NCBI GenBank assembly: GCA_964372275.1
Contig: CAYJRR010000004.1
Coordinates: forward strand, 7,113-71,112
Length of the DNA stretch: 64,000 nt
Direction: 5' to 3'
Origin: an uncultured bacterium
GTDB taxonomy: Bacteria; CAYJRR01
The notes beneath the pieces were generated by a model. That model was given only the letters and a program-made list of their open reading frames with translations. It had not been told where the DNA came from and made no database searches. The position numbers and the translations under genes are program-made. This document shows positions 51,444 to 61,389 of this stretch, piece by piece. Positions within the stretch are counted from its first letter, which is position 1. Each line of letters begins with the position of its first letter.

Positions 51444-51972
51444 GCCGTCTATCGTAGCAGACGTGCCGGTGCTCGACCGCGATCGCCTCGACGCGATCGT
51501 GAACGCCATCTGTGAGCGGCTGGACGGCGAGTGGCTCCTCGTCGGCGGCGCGCTCGTCTCGCTATGGCTCGAGTCGCGCCGCACGACGGAAGACGTCGAC
51601 GTTCTCGGACTCGATGGATCTGCGCGGGAGCGGCTCGCGCTCCTGGAGCTGGGCGATTCCCTCGGCCTGCCTGTCGAGGCGCTGAACTCCGCCGCCGACT
51701 TTTTCGTCAAGCGGATTCCCGACTGGCGCGACCATCTGGTTCTTTTTCGGAAGGGTCCCAAGGGATCGGTCTTCCGACCGGACGGGACGCTCTTTCTCCT
51801 TCTCAAGCTCCGGCGCCTGGACGAGCGCGACCTCGAGGACTGCAGGGCGCTCGTCGACGCCGGCGAGCCGTTCGACCGCGCGCGCGTGCTGTCGGCCCTC
51901 GATCGATTGCCGCCGCCCGCCGACGACGCGGTGTCGTCGCGGCGAGAGATTCTTCGGACGCTGATGCAGTGA
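51442..51972 (+). CDS. minimal nucleotidyltransferase-fold protein (MNT-like)
   Basis: LLVGGALVSLWLESRRTTEDVDVLG fits the hG[GS]...D.D nucleotidyltransferase motif. GTG at 51463 is an alternative start. Confidence 0.45.
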   Translation: MPSIVADVPVLDRDRLDAIVNAICERLDGEWLLVGGALVSLWLESRRTTEDVDVLGLDGSARERLALLELGDSLGLPVEALNSAADFFVKRIPDWRDHLVLFRKGPKGSVFRPDGTLFLLLKLRRLDERDLEDCRALVDAGEPFDRARVLSALDRLPPPADDAVSSRREILRTLMQ

Positions 51973-52030
51973 GCCCGAGGACGACGGGCCAAGAGCTCAA
52001 GCGATTGGGCCCGATAGCAGGAGGAAACGC

Positions 52031-52351
52031 ATGGACCGATTCGTCCCACCCGTCGCGGATCCGCTGGGAACTCGCGGCGACGTCGCGCGACTGGAGAGGA
52101 TCCTCCGCTACCTGCTTCTCAAGGGGTTGCGTGGGGAGCGGCTAAGACCAGGAGACGCCGCGATCCGCGCCTTTCTCGATCTCCCCGAGGACGTCGAGCC
52201 GGACGAGGCGTCGGTGATAGCGCGACTGGGGGCGGAGGAGGTCGTCGGTCGGATCCGCTGCCCGAAATGTGGAAGCACGGTCGAGGATCGCGCCGGCGTC
52301 GTTGACGAGCGGTGCCCCATCTGCGGCGCGGCCGTCGGTTCCGAAAGTTAG
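52031..52351 (+). CDS. small protein with C-terminal zinc-ribbon (CPKCG...CPICG)
   Basis: 106 aa. Two CxxC pairs spaced about 17 aa apart. Confidence 0.45.
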   Translation: MDRFVPPVADPLGTRGDVARLERILRYLLLKGLRGERLRPGDAAIRAFLDLPEDVEPDEASVIARLGAEEVVGRIRCPKCGSTVEDRAGVVDERCPICGAAVGSES

Positions 52352-53103
52352 TCGGGCCCTGGCCAGCGCTGCGTCATGTTCCAGAGTACGAGCGATACGA
52401 GAGCAACCGCACCACCGATTCCGGCGATGCCGGCGATCGCTCCGAGAAAGGCCGACCCGAACGTCCTCGTCAAGGGATCCAAGGTCGGCCGAAGCGGTTC
52501 CGGCAGCGGTCCGCCCTGCGCGACATAGTGCAACGCCAATCCGACGAGCACCGCGAACCCGCCGGCCACGAGCTGAAGGCGTCGGAGCCAAGCCGTGTCC
52601 CGCCGGCCGGAGTCGCGCCAGGGTTTCAGGTCCCTCGGGCGTAGCCCGAAGCCGACGGCGACCTCTTGCGCCGTGAGCTCAGAACCCGACATACACCGCG
52701 ATGCACCCGTCTCCGCGCCGAGTCGGAAGACGGCAGTCCCTTCCATCAGAAACGCGATCCGGCCGGCCCCGGGCGATGCGTCCGCCGGCGTCCGGGACAG
52801 CGCGAGCGCCACGGAATCAACCACGCGAAAGACTCTCGCGAAGTAACGCGGCGCGAGCTCCACGATCGACCCTTCCTGCAACAGGTCGACGGACTCGACC
52901 GGCGAGGTCCAATCGGTCCGGAACAGCAGCAGGCGGTCGGGAAGCACGGTGAGAGTCGAGGACGACCCGCTTCCCGTTCGGAGGAGGAGCTCGCTCACGA
53001 GTTCACCGGACGCGGCATCCCGCCCGTCACGCCGGTCGATGACGGTCACCGTATCGCCTCGGAGGCGGCCCGCGGAGCCGATTTCAAGCGGAAACGTGTT
53101 CAT
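52348..53103 (-). CDS. membrane-anchored hypothetical protein (downstream of the PLD gene)
   Basis: ATG at 53103 overlaps the PLD stop (ATGA). There is a C-terminal pair of transmembrane helices. Only this distal portion of the 1112-aa track ORF is protein-like. Confidence 0.5.
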   Translation of the reverse strand: MNTFPLEIGSAGRLRGDTVTVIDRRDGRDAASGELVSELLLRTGSGSSSTLTVLPDRLLLFRTDWTSPVESVDLLQEGSIVELAPRYFARVFRVVDSVALALSRTPADASPGAGRIAFLMEGTAVFRLGAETGASRCMSGSELTAQEVAVGFGLRPRDLKPWRDSGRRDTAWLRRLQLVAGGFAVLVGLALHYVAQGGPLPEPLRPTLDPLTRTFGSAFLGAIAGIAGIGGAVALVSLVLWNMTQRWPGPD

Positions 53104-54632
53104 CGGCAGGACCGGATCGACAGGGACCGGGCGAAGCTCGGGTCGAACAGTTGCTCGTCCCACGCCGCGGTGGTGGCGGCCGAGTCGACGACGACGTTGA
53201 TCTCGCGCGAGTTGCGGAAGCTCTGCACGTCCATGTTCGCGGAGCCGACGATCGCCAGCTCCCCGTCGACGGAAAGATACTTCACGTGGCTGGCGGGGGG
53301 CCCGTTCTCGGTGACGACGTCCGATCCGTCGGCGGAGTACCACCGGATCGCGAGCTGCCGGCAGGCGTCGATGCCGGCCCTGCGGGCCGCCCGGAAGAGC
53401 CGTTCGACGCTTTCGTCGTTGGTGCCGCCGCGGGTGGGCATCGATTCCGTCCACTCCTCGTAGCGCCGCGACAGCAGCAGCTCGACACGGACCCCCCGCT
53501 TCAATGTCTCGATCAACGCCCGCTCCACGGTCGGCTCGTTCAGGTTCGGCGTCTGCAGCTTGACGATCGACGTCGCGTTCCGGATCGCGGCGAGGAACGC
53601 ACGGTTCTGCGGGTTCTCGTCGTCGGCGCCACGAAGCCACGGGATTCCGTTCGCCGGGCGCGTGGTGACGAGCATCGGCGAGCACCCCGGCAGTCGCGTG
53701 AGCGGGATCGGCGGGGGGACGGACAGCCGCTCCCAACAGACCGGCGCCGGGCGATCCTCCGGTCCCGGCTCGCTCCCCGCGCGGGGGTGCGAGGCGCCGC
53801 AGGTCCAACGCCAACTCCGGCCCCACGCGTCGGCGAACTCCTGGCGCAGCGCGCCGGCCACCTCCCCGTCGAACCGGAAACCGGCGTCGAGGTAGTCGTC
53901 GTCGGTATCGTTGTCGCCGGTGACGTTGGCCCCCGTGACGATCGCGTGGCGCCCGTCGACCACCAGGTCCTTCGAATGGTTCGCGCCGAGGGCGGAGTGG
54001 TGGAAGCCGGCGAGCTCGACGCGCACCACGCCGGGATCGAGCTTCAAGCCCTCGATCCGGGCCGCGAGCGTCGACATCATCGCCTCGCTCGCGGTCGGCG
54101 CGAAGTTGACGAGCAGCCGCACCACCACCGGCGCGGCCGGCACCGACGGTCCGGCCGGCGTTCGCCCGTCCGCGGAGCGCGGGTGCGCCGCCGCCTTGCG
54201 ACGGGCGTGCAGGCGCGCGATCCCGTCCAGGATCTCGCGGGAGACCGCGGAGTCGGGGTGCCAGTTCCAGGTCTGGAGATTCGCTTCGACCTCGGTCGAC
54301 GCGATCATGCCCCCCATCCCACGGAAGATCGCCGGCCCGCGAAGGAGCACGTTCGGATCGGCGAGGTTGCCACCGGTCGCATAGAGCCCCGCCGGGAACG
54401 GCCCTCGGCGCGCGACGTCGCGGCTGGCCTGGAACACCGCGGTGAACAGCCGCCCGGCGCACGCGGGGAGCGCGGGCGCCCGCCCCACCTCCCGCAGGTC
54501 GAACAGCAGGCGCGCCGGCGGATCGCCCGGCCACGCCGGCGTGCATCCGTCCGGGACCTCCCCGCCGGCCGGCGACGCGGTCCCGAGGAGCGCGACCGCT
54601 CCGAGGACCCGACTCCATGCCGTTCGATCCAT
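53100..54632 (-). CDS. phospholipase D family protein (two HKD motifs), secreted
   Basis: The two HKD motifs are HSKDLVVDGRHAIVTGANV and HVKYLSVDGELAIVGSANMD. There is an N-terminal signal peptide. Confidence 0.8.
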   Translation of the reverse strand: MDRTAWSRVLGAVALLGTASPAGGEVPDGCTPAWPGDPPARLLFDLREVGRAPALPACAGRLFTAVFQASRDVARRGPFPAGLYATGGNLADPNVLLRGPAIFRGMGGMIASTEVEANLQTWNWHPDSAVSREILDGIARLHARRKAAAHPRSADGRTPAGPSVPAAPVVVRLLVNFAPTASEAMMSTLAARIEGLKLDPGVVRVELAGFHHSALGANHSKDLVVDGRHAIVTGANVTGDNDTDDDYLDAGFRFDGEVAGALRQEFADAWGRSWRWTCGASHPRAGSEPGPEDRPAPVCWERLSVPPPIPLTRLPGCSPMLVTTRPANGIPWLRGADDENPQNRAFLAAIRNATSIVKLQTPNLNEPTVERALIETLKRGVRVELLLSRRYEEWTESMPTRGGTNDESVERLFRAARRAGIDACRQLAIRWYSADGSDVVTENGPPASHVKYLSVDGELAIVGSANMDVQSFRNSREINVVVDSAATTAAWDEQLFDPSFARSLSIRSCR

Positions 54633-54758
54633 CGCCCCACCGACCCCTTTCGGGGCGGTGGGATCTGCAGCCGGCGTGCCCGACGATTTCGTCAGCGAAC
54701 CGGCACGTTGGACCTTCCGGCCCTGTCGAGTGCGCCCCCCACCCGGGACGTCCGCGGG

Positions 54759-55766
54759 TCAGGAGGCGATCGGACAAAGGGTCCGTTCGCCGACGATCAC
54801 GTCCCGCACCTCCCCCGCGACCGACGCCTTCTCCAGCACGAGGCAGCGCGAGAGCGTCGCCCCTCGCTCCACTACAGACCCGGCGCCGACGACGGCGTAC
54901 GGACCGACCGTCGCCCCGGCTTCGATCGTCGCGCCACGCCCGACGAGCGCCGGCCGCCGGATCGTGGTGCCGGGACCGAAGCTCGCCCCGGTCCCGACGA
55001 ACACCCCGCGGGGACCCTCCGCGAAGCCGCGCAGCGGATCGAACTGCGAGAAGGTCGCGCGGCGCACGAGCAGGTCGAGGTTGGCCTCGAACAGACGGTC
55101 GACCGTGCCGAGATCGGACCAGGTCCCCTGCTGCAGGACCGACGACACCTTGCCGCGGTCGGCGAGGATCGCCGGATAGGTCTCGGTCCCCAGGTGCGCC
55201 ACCCCCGCCGCCGCGATGTAGTCGAAGACCTTCGGGGAGAAGATCTGTACCCCGGTGAAGAGCGCCTTGCGGAGCGGTCCGACCCCCGACGGGACGCCGA
55301 CCCGTCCCACGAAATCCCATACCCGCCCGCTGCCGTCGAAGCCGATCGAACCGAACTGGTCGACGCGCGGATCCTCCTTGAGGACCATCGTCGCCACCGC
55401 TCCGCCGTCGCGGTGCGCCTGGATCGCGGCGCGGAGGTCGACGTCGACGATCGTATCGCCGTTGAGCACGGCGAACGGCTCGTCGCCGAAGAAGGCGCGG
55501 ACGTTCCGCAGGCCGCCGCCGGTCCCGAGCAGAACCGGCTCGCGCGACCAGGTGATCCGCACCCCCCACGCCGTGCCGTCGCCGACCGCCGCCGGGATCG
55601 CGTCGGGGAGATGGTGGAGGTTGACGACGATCTCGGTGATCGACGCCGCCTTCATCGTCTCGACGGCGTAGCGCAAGAGCGGCCACGGTCCGACCGGCGC
55701 CAGCGGCTTGGGGACCGCGTCGGTCAAGGGCCGGAGCCGCGTCCCCAGCCCCGCCGCGAAGACCAT
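54759..55766 (-). CDS. sugar-phosphate nucleotidyltransferase with left-handed beta-helix C-terminus (MurU-like N-acetylmuramate-1-P uridylyltransferase candidate)
   Basis: The N-terminus MVFAAGLGTRLRPLT is the G-x-G-T-R-L nucleotidyltransferase signature. The C-terminus has hexapeptide repeats. It lies directly downstream of the APH-family kinase. Confidence 0.75.
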   Translation of the reverse strand: MVFAAGLGTRLRPLTDAVPKPLAPVGPWPLLRYAVETMKAASITEIVVNLHHLPDAIPAAVGDGTAWGVRITWSREPVLLGTGGGLRNVRAFFGDEPFAVLNGDTIVDVDLRAAIQAHRDGGAVATMVLKEDPRVDQFGSIGFDGSGRVWDFVGRVGVPSGVGPLRKALFTGVQIFSPKVFDYIAAAGVAHLGTETYPAILADRGKVSSVLQQGTWSDLGTVDRLFEANLDLLVRRATFSQFDPLRGFAEGPRGVFVGTGASFGPGTTIRRPALVGRGATIEAGATVGPYAVVGAGSVVERGATLSRCLVLEKASVAGEVRDVIVGERTLCPIAS

Positions 55767-55771
55767 CCCCT

Positions 55772-56842
55772 TCACGTCGCGCGCATCTCCGGGACGTACT
55801 TCTGCAGCACCTCGAAGGCCGGCAACAGCTCGCGGTACTTCTGCAGGTTCCGGCGCACGTGCTTCAGCACCGGCGGGATGTGCCGCAGGAACTTGTCGTT
55901 CCCCTTCTTCACGTCGATGAAGACGAAGCGGCCCGCCGCCTTCAGGTTCCGTTGCAGGCTCGCGTAGTCGAACTGGCGCCGGAACTCGGCCGGATCGACG
56001 GGGGGGCATCCCGCCTCCTCGCGCGCCTTCAGGTAGTGGGTGATCAGGCTGTCGACCTGCGCCTCCTGCAACGTCACGTAGGCGTCCCGCAACAGCGACG
56101 CCAGGTCGTAGGTCCACGGCCCCATCAGCGCGTCCTGGAAGTCGATGATCCCGATCCGGTCGCCGCCGTGGACCATCAGGTTCCGGCTGTGGTAGTCGCG
56201 ATGGGTGAAGACCTTCGGCTGCGATTCGATGTCGCGCGCCACCCGCTGGAAGACGGCACGAAGCCGCTCGCGGTCGATCGGACCGATCGTCGTCTCCTCG
56301 CGCGCCTCGACGCCGTACTCGAGGTAGTGGTCGAACTCCCAGACCAGCAGCTCGACGTTGAACCTCTGGTGGTAGGCGAGGCAGCGCTCGTCGACCTTCG
56401 ACGTCCCCTCCACCTGCATCGTCACCAGCCAGCGGATCGCCTGTTCGTAGAGGGCGTGGGCGCGGGCCGGGTCCCCGTCCTTCACCACCCCCTCGAGCAT
56501 CACGTCCCCCCAGTCCTCGAGGAGCATCAGGCCACGCGACCGGTCCCAGACGTGGATCTTCGGCACCGGCAATCCGATCCCGTCGAGGAACCGATGGACG
56601 TTCACGAACGGCAGTTCGTCGACCTTCTTCAGGTTCGTCTTCTCCTCGAACAGCTTCGCGGGCTGGTCGTCCATCACCCGCATCAGGATGTAGCGGCGGC
56701 CGTCGGTCTCGATCCGGTAGTAGTGGCGGTTCGAGGCGTCCCCCGGTAGGCGATGGAGCCGCACGTCGATCGCCGGCATCCGCAGGTGATCCCGGAAGAG
56801 CGAAGCGACAGAAGCCCGGAGCGCGTCCTGTTCGGCGGTCAT
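55772..56842 (-). CDS. aminoglycoside-phosphotransferase-family kinase (AmgK-like anomeric MurNAc/GlcNAc kinase candidate)
   Basis: Motifs HRDYHSRNLMV and IIDFQDA are present (the APH catalytic and DFG-like loops). 356 aa. Confidence 0.75.
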   Translation of the reverse strand: MTAEQDALRASVASLFRDHLRMPAIDVRLHRLPGDASNRHYYRIETDGRRYILMRVMDDQPAKLFEEKTNLKKVDELPFVNVHRFLDGIGLPVPKIHVWDRSRGLMLLEDWGDVMLEGVVKDGDPARAHALYEQAIRWLVTMQVEGTSKVDERCLAYHQRFNVELLVWEFDHYLEYGVEAREETTIGPIDRERLRAVFQRVARDIESQPKVFTHRDYHSRNLMVHGGDRIGIIDFQDALMGPWTYDLASLLRDAYVTLQEAQVDSLITHYLKAREEAGCPPVDPAEFRRQFDYASLQRNLKAAGRFVFIDVKKGNDKFLRHIPPVLKHVRRNLQKYRELLPAFEVLQKYVPEMRAT

Positions 56843-56870
56843 CTCCAGGGGATGATAGAACTAGGGTCCC

Positions 56871-57614
56871 ATGGGACGCGAACTCGGCGCCGACTACCAC
56901 CGGGTGGCGATGGAGGCGATCTCCCGCTTCGGCTCGGACCCGGGCGGGATCGGGGCCGCCGCCGACCTTTCGTTCGCGTCGCTGTCGAAAGGGGGCGTGC
57001 TGCACGCCTTCGGCTCGGGTCACTCCGCCGCCGGCGCGATCGAGCTGTTTCACCGCGCGGGTGGCCTGGTCCCGGTCAACGGGATCCTGGAGTCGTTCCT
57101 CTCCCCGTTCGTCGCGCCGGGTACCTCCGGCAAGCTCGAGCGGCTGGTCGGGATCGGCGCGATCCTGGTCGAACGCTACGACGTCCGCGCCGGGGAGGTG
57201 GTCGTCGTCTTCTCCAACTCCGGCGTGAACCCGGTGCCGATCGAGGTGGCTGGCGCCTCGCGCGAGCGCGGGGCGTTCGTGGTGGCGGTCACCAGCCGCG
57301 CCCACGGCCTCTCGGCGCAAAGCCGCCACCCGTCGGGGAAGCGCCTCGTCGATCTCGCCGACGTCGCGATCGACAACGGCGCCCCCGCCGGGGACGCCGC
57401 CGTCGAATTCGCCGAGGGCCGGCGGGCGGCGGCGACGTCGGGGTTGGTCAACGCCTACATCGCCAATCGCCTCGTCGCCGAGATCGTCGAACGCTACCTC
57501 GCCGCGGGGATCGATCCCCCGGTCTACCTCTCCGCGAATCTCCCCGGAGGGGACGCGCACAACGTGGGCCTGGAGGCGCGGTACCGCGACCGGCTCAAGG
57601 GGCTCTGGCGGTGA
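56871..57614 (+). CDS. SIS (sugar isomerase) domain protein
   Basis: VVVVFSNSGVNPVPIE is a SIS phosphosugar-binding fold. It is divergent from the kinase with only a 28-bp spacer. Confidence 0.6.
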   Translation: MGRELGADYHRVAMEAISRFGSDPGGIGAAADLSFASLSKGGVLHAFGSGHSAAGAIELFHRAGGLVPVNGILESFLSPFVAPGTSGKLERLVGIGAILVERYDVRAGEVVVVFSNSGVNPVPIEVAGASRERGAFVVAVTSRAHGLSAQSRHPSGKRLVDLADVAIDNGAPAGDAAVEFAEGRRAAATSGLVNAYIANRLVAEIVERYLAAGIDPPVYLSANLPGGDAHNVGLEARYRDRLKGLWR

Positions 57615-58885
57615 CGCGGATCGCGATCGTCGGGGCGGCGTTGGCCCTTCCCGACCGGATGCAGCCGGACGGCGTGCTCGTGGTCGAGGAGGGGCGGGTC
57701 GCGGCCGCCGGCAGCCGGAGCGCGGTGCCGATCCCGCGGGGCGCCGCCCGGGTCGACGCGCGAGGGTTCGTGCTCGCCCCCGGGTTCGTCGACCTCCACG
57801 TGAACGGGTTCGGCGGCGTCGACTGCTTCGGGGCAGGGAAGGACGACCTGGCGCGCATGGGCCGCTCGCTCGTGGCGACCGGGGTCACCAGCTTCTTCCC
57901 GACGCTCGTCACCTCCCCCTTCCCCGCGCTGTGCCGGGCGTTGGCCCAATTGGCCGACGGCGTCGAGGCGAAGCCGGTCGCCGGCAGCGCGGAGGCCGCC
58001 GGCGTCTACCTCGAGGGTCCGTTCCTCGCCGACGGCGCGCGCGGCGCCCATCCCTCGCAGGACCTCCGGGCCCCGCGCGCCGAGACGGTTCGGCAGCTCC
58101 TCGAGTTGAAGGGTTCGAAACCGTGGATCGTCGCGATCTCCCCGGAGCTGCCCGGCGCCTTCGATGCGATCCGGACCTTCGCGCGCAAAGGCGTCGTCGT
58201 CGCGCTCGGGCACTCGGTCGCGGACGCGGAGTCCTGCCGGCTCGCGGTCGCCGCGGGGGCGCGCCACGTCACCCACCTGTACAACGCCATGGGACCGATC
58301 CACCACCGCCTGCCTGGGCTTGCCGGATTCGCGCTCGGCTCGGGGATGGTGACGGCCGAGCTGATCGCCGACGGACATCACGTCGACCGCTGGATGGTCG
58401 CGACCGCCTGGCGGGCGATCGGTGCCGACCGGCTGGCGCTCGTCTCCGACGCCCTGGCGCCGGCCGGACTGCCGCTCGCCGACGGCGCCGGCTACCGGCT
58501 CGAATCGGGCCTCGGCCGGGTGACGGTCCGTCGCGCTCCGGCCGACCGCGTGTCGCCCGCGGCCGCCGCGGCGCCGGTCGCCGTGGCCGCGAACGGCAAG
58601 CTTGCCGGCTCGCTCGCATCGCTCGCCGACGGCGTTCGCTTCGCCGTGCACGCCGCCGGGATCCCGCTGCACGACGCCCTGCGGATGGCGTCGGCGACCC
58701 CCGCACGGATCGGCGGGATCGCGAACCGGAAGGGATCGCTGATCCCGGGCCTGGACGCCGACCTCGTCCTGCTCGACGGTGGCCTCGAGGTGCGCTCGGT
58801 CTGGGTACGCGGCCGGCCGGTCGAACCGATCGCACCCGCGACCGGCCGGCAGCCGCCGCGCGCACGGCGGAGGGCCGCGCGATGA
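57611..58885 (+). CDS. nagA: N-acetylglucosamine-6-phosphate deacetylase
   Basis: GTG at 57611 overlaps the upstream stop. GFVDLHVNGFGG is the amidohydrolase metal-binding motif of NagA. 424 aa. Confidence 0.8.
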   Translation: MTRIAIVGAALALPDRMQPDGVLVVEEGRVAAAGSRSAVPIPRGAARVDARGFVLAPGFVDLHVNGFGGVDCFGAGKDDLARMGRSLVATGVTSFFPTLVTSPFPALCRALAQLADGVEAKPVAGSAEAAGVYLEGPFLADGARGAHPSQDLRAPRAETVRQLLELKGSKPWIVAISPELPGAFDAIRTFARKGVVVALGHSVADAESCRLAVAAGARHVTHLYNAMGPIHHRLPGLAGFALGSGMVTAELIADGHHVDRWMVATAWRAIGADRLALVSDALAPAGLPLADGAGYRLESGLGRVTVRRAPADRVSPAAAAAPVAVAANGKLAGSLASLADGVRFAVHAAGIPLHDALRMASATPARIGGIANRKGSLIPGLDADLVLLDGGLEVRSVWVRGRPVEPIAPATGRQPPRARRRAAR

Positions 58886-59634
58886 AGCCGCTGATCGGCC
58901 TGGCGATGGACGTGGAGGACGGGCGCGGCCCGCGCAAGAGCGCCGATCCGACGACCTTCGTCTTCGTGAAGGTCCCCTATGTCGACCGGATCCTCGAAGC
59001 CGGCGGAGCGCCGATCCTTCTCGCGCCGGTCGCCGACGACGCGGTGATCGAGCGCCTGCTCGCCGCGCTCGACGGTCTGGTCGTCACCGGGAGCGGGATC
59101 GACATCCCGGCCGAGATGTACGGGCACGCGCGCCACGAGAAGATCGGTCGCCTGTTGCCCGCCAAATCGGAGTTCGAGGTCCGGCTCATCCGGCGCGCGA
59201 CGGCCCTCGATCTCCCCTTCCTGGGGATCTGCAACGGGATGCAGGCGATGAACGTCGCCTACGGCGGAACGCTGTTCCAGGACCTCCCGTCGGAGCTGGG
59301 GGTGGAGCACGCCGTCGAGAACGCCACGCGACCCTGCCATCCGGTGTCGATCGCCGCCGGCACGCGCCTCCATGCCGTGCTTGGACGCACCCGCTGCGAG
59401 GTGAATTCGTCGCACCACCAGGCGGTGCGCGACGTCCCGGCGGCGCTCGTCGTTTCCGCGCGCGCAGGCGACGGGGTGATCGAAGGGGTCGAGGACCCTA
59501 CGCGTGAGTTCGCGGTGGGGGTGCAGTGGCACCCCGAGCTGATCCCGGAGCACGCAGGGACTCGTTCCCTCTTCGAGGCGTTGATCCGCGCCGCAAGCGA
59601 TCGCGCGAGCCGAGCCGAGCGGCGTCGCGGGTGA
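58882..59634 (+). CDS. class-I glutamine amidotransferase-like peptidase C26 (gamma-glutamyl hydrolase family)
   Basis: ATG at 58882 overlaps the nagA stop. Catalytic Cys in GICNGMQ; His/Glu in GVQWHPE. Confidence 0.75.
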   Translation: MKPLIGLAMDVEDGRGPRKSADPTTFVFVKVPYVDRILEAGGAPILLAPVADDAVIERLLAALDGLVVTGSGIDIPAEMYGHARHEKIGRLLPAKSEFEVRLIRRATALDLPFLGICNGMQAMNVAYGGTLFQDLPSELGVEHAVENATRPCHPVSIAAGTRLHAVLGRTRCEVNSSHHQAVRDVPAALVVSARAGDGVIEGVEDPTREFAVGVQWHPELIPEHAGTRSLFEALIRAASDRASRAERRRG

Positions 59635-59643
59635 CGAAACCCG

Positions 59644-59763
<120 letters not shown>

Positions 59764-59786
59764 GGCTGCGCATTTTCGCAGTCTCG

Positions 59787-60377
59787 ATGGCGCTCCTGAT
59801 GCCCGGCTGCCCGAAGGAGGAGGCTTCGACGCGCGCGACGCCGGCCCCCGCGGTCTCCCCATCCCCCTCGCCCGCGCCGACGATCCCCGGCCCGCCGCCG
59901 ACGCCCTCCCCGCTGACCGGCGTGCCGGCGGCGCCCGCCGACGTCGTCCGCTACGAGTGGAGTGGTGGACTCTCGATCTACGAGTACTACCGGCTCGCGA
60001 TCGAGCGCACGGCGACCGGGGGTGTCGCGACCTTCGTGGTGAAGCCGCATCGCGCGCCGGAGGCGACGGTGACCGACACGCTCCCGGACGACGAGGTCAC
60101 CGCGTTGCGAAAACTGCTCGACGAGGTCCGTTTCGCGGAGGCGAAGACCGAGCCGCGGAAGATGCGCGTCCTCGACGTCGGCAACACGGTCCTCACCTGG
60201 GAACGGAACGGATCGGTCGTCAACCAGGTGACCGAGAGTCCGACGGAGGTCGCCAGCCGCGATCTGCGTCCGCTCCGGCAGTGGCTGGAGGCGAAGGTCC
60301 GCCGGTACCTCGAACGGGCCGGCGCCGCCCACGGCCGCGAGGGGGGGCGCGACGAAAAGCCCGCTACCCCCAAATAG
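59787..60377 (+). CDS. lipoprotein, hypothetical (first of two tandem paralogues)
   Basis: ATG at 59787 gives only MALLMPGC before the lipobox Cys. The real start may be a non-ATG codon inside the repeat element. The product is paralogous to the next gene. Confidence 0.5.
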   Translation: MALLMPGCPKEEASTRATPAPAVSPSPSPAPTIPGPPPTPSPLTGVPAAPADVVRYEWSGGLSIYEYYRLAIERTATGGVATFVVKPHRAPEATVTDTLPDDEVTALRKLLDEVRFAEAKTEPRKMRVLDVGNTVLTWERNGSVVNQVTESPTEVASRDLRPLRQWLEAKVRRYLERAGAAHGREGGRDEKPATPK

Positions 60378-60402
60378 GCGTAGACGCGGTATTCTTTGCA
60401 CG

Positions 60403-61341
60403 ATGCACGTCTCCGGAGGGACCCCTCGCGTGCGAACGATCGTTGTCGCGACCTCGTTGCTTCTCCTCCTTGGATTCGGGACGGCCGGCTGTCCGAAGAA
60501 GGGGCCCTCGACCGATTCCCCAAGCGCCGCCGACCTGGCCGACATCGGCACGGAGCCGGGGAAGCCGTTCGAGCAGGTCCGGTACCAGCGCAAAGGGGGA
60601 CTCTCCAGCTGCCGCTCCTTCTCCCTGACCTACGACGGCAAGGGGGCCGGCACCTTCGTGGTCCGGCCGACCACCGGCCCCGAGAAGACGATCGCGGTCA
60701 CGCTCGAGGAGCGCGAACTGGCCGAGCTGCAGAGGCGCGTCGACGCCGTGAACCTGGAGAAGGTCCGCTCCGCGCCGCGCGAGCAGGTGCTGACCGACAT
60801 CGGCCGGACGATGATCACCCTCAAGCGCGACGAGGCGAACGCCTTCAGCGTGCTCGAAAGCCCGCAGGAGGCGCCGACCGCCGACCTGGGCGTCTTGCGG
60901 AAGTGGCTCGACGCGAAGGTGAACGGGTACATCGCGCAGGCGACGGCGCCCGCCGCGGCCCCGGCCCCCGCCGTCGCGGTCCCCGCACCGGCCGCGGAGC
61001 CCGCTGCCGCACCGGCCACCGATCCGGTGGCGGAAGGTGAAGCCGGCGAAAGCGGCGCAGACACGAGTTCCACGGCCCGAGGCGAAACCGCCGCCGTGCC
61101 GGAAGCCGCCGCCGAGGCACCCGCCGCCCCCAAGCCGGCCGACGCGCCGGCCGCCGAGCCAGCCAAGGCCGGCGTCCCCGCCAAGGCCGCCGAGCCGTCG
61201 CCGAAGGCACCCCCCGAGCCGCCCGCGAAGCCCGCGCCCGAAGCAACGCCGGCGCCCGCGCCGACGCCGGAGCCGGTGAAGCCGGCCGATCCGGAGGAGG
61301 ACTCGGGCAGCGCCGACGAAGATTGGTGGAGCGACGAGTAG
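60403..61341 (+). CDS. lipoprotein, hypothetical, with Pro/Ala-rich acidic C-terminal tail (second tandem paralogue)
   Basis: ATG at 60403. Lipobox LLLLGFGTAGC. The mature region aligns with the upstream paralogue (VRYEWSGGLS / VRYQRKGGLS, LRQWLEAKV / LRKWLDAKV). Confidence 0.65.
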   Translation: MHVSGGTPRVRTIVVATSLLLLLGFGTAGCPKKGPSTDSPSAADLADIGTEPGKPFEQVRYQRKGGLSSCRSFSLTYDGKGAGTFVVRPTTGPEKTIAVTLEERELAELQRRVDAVNLEKVRSAPREQVLTDIGRTMITLKRDEANAFSVLESPQEAPTADLGVLRKWLDAKVNGYIAQATAPAAAPAPAVAVPAPAAEPAAAPATDPVAEGEAGESGADTSSTARGETAAVPEAAAEAPAAPKPADAPAAEPAKAGVPAKAAEPSPKAPPEPPAKPAPEATPAPAPTPEPVKPADPEEDSGSADEDWWSDE

Positions 61342-61389
61342 CGCGCCGGGACGCTCACGGACCCAACCGGGCCCCCGGCAGCGTCGTCC

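Noticed and set aside
52348-55686. 1112-aa minus-strand ORF spanning the PLD, MurU-like and AmgK-like genes
   Set aside because: The sequence is Arg/Gly/Pro-rich low complexity for most of its length and reads antisense through three well-supported genes. Only its last 251 codons (52348-53103) are protein-like, and only those were kept.
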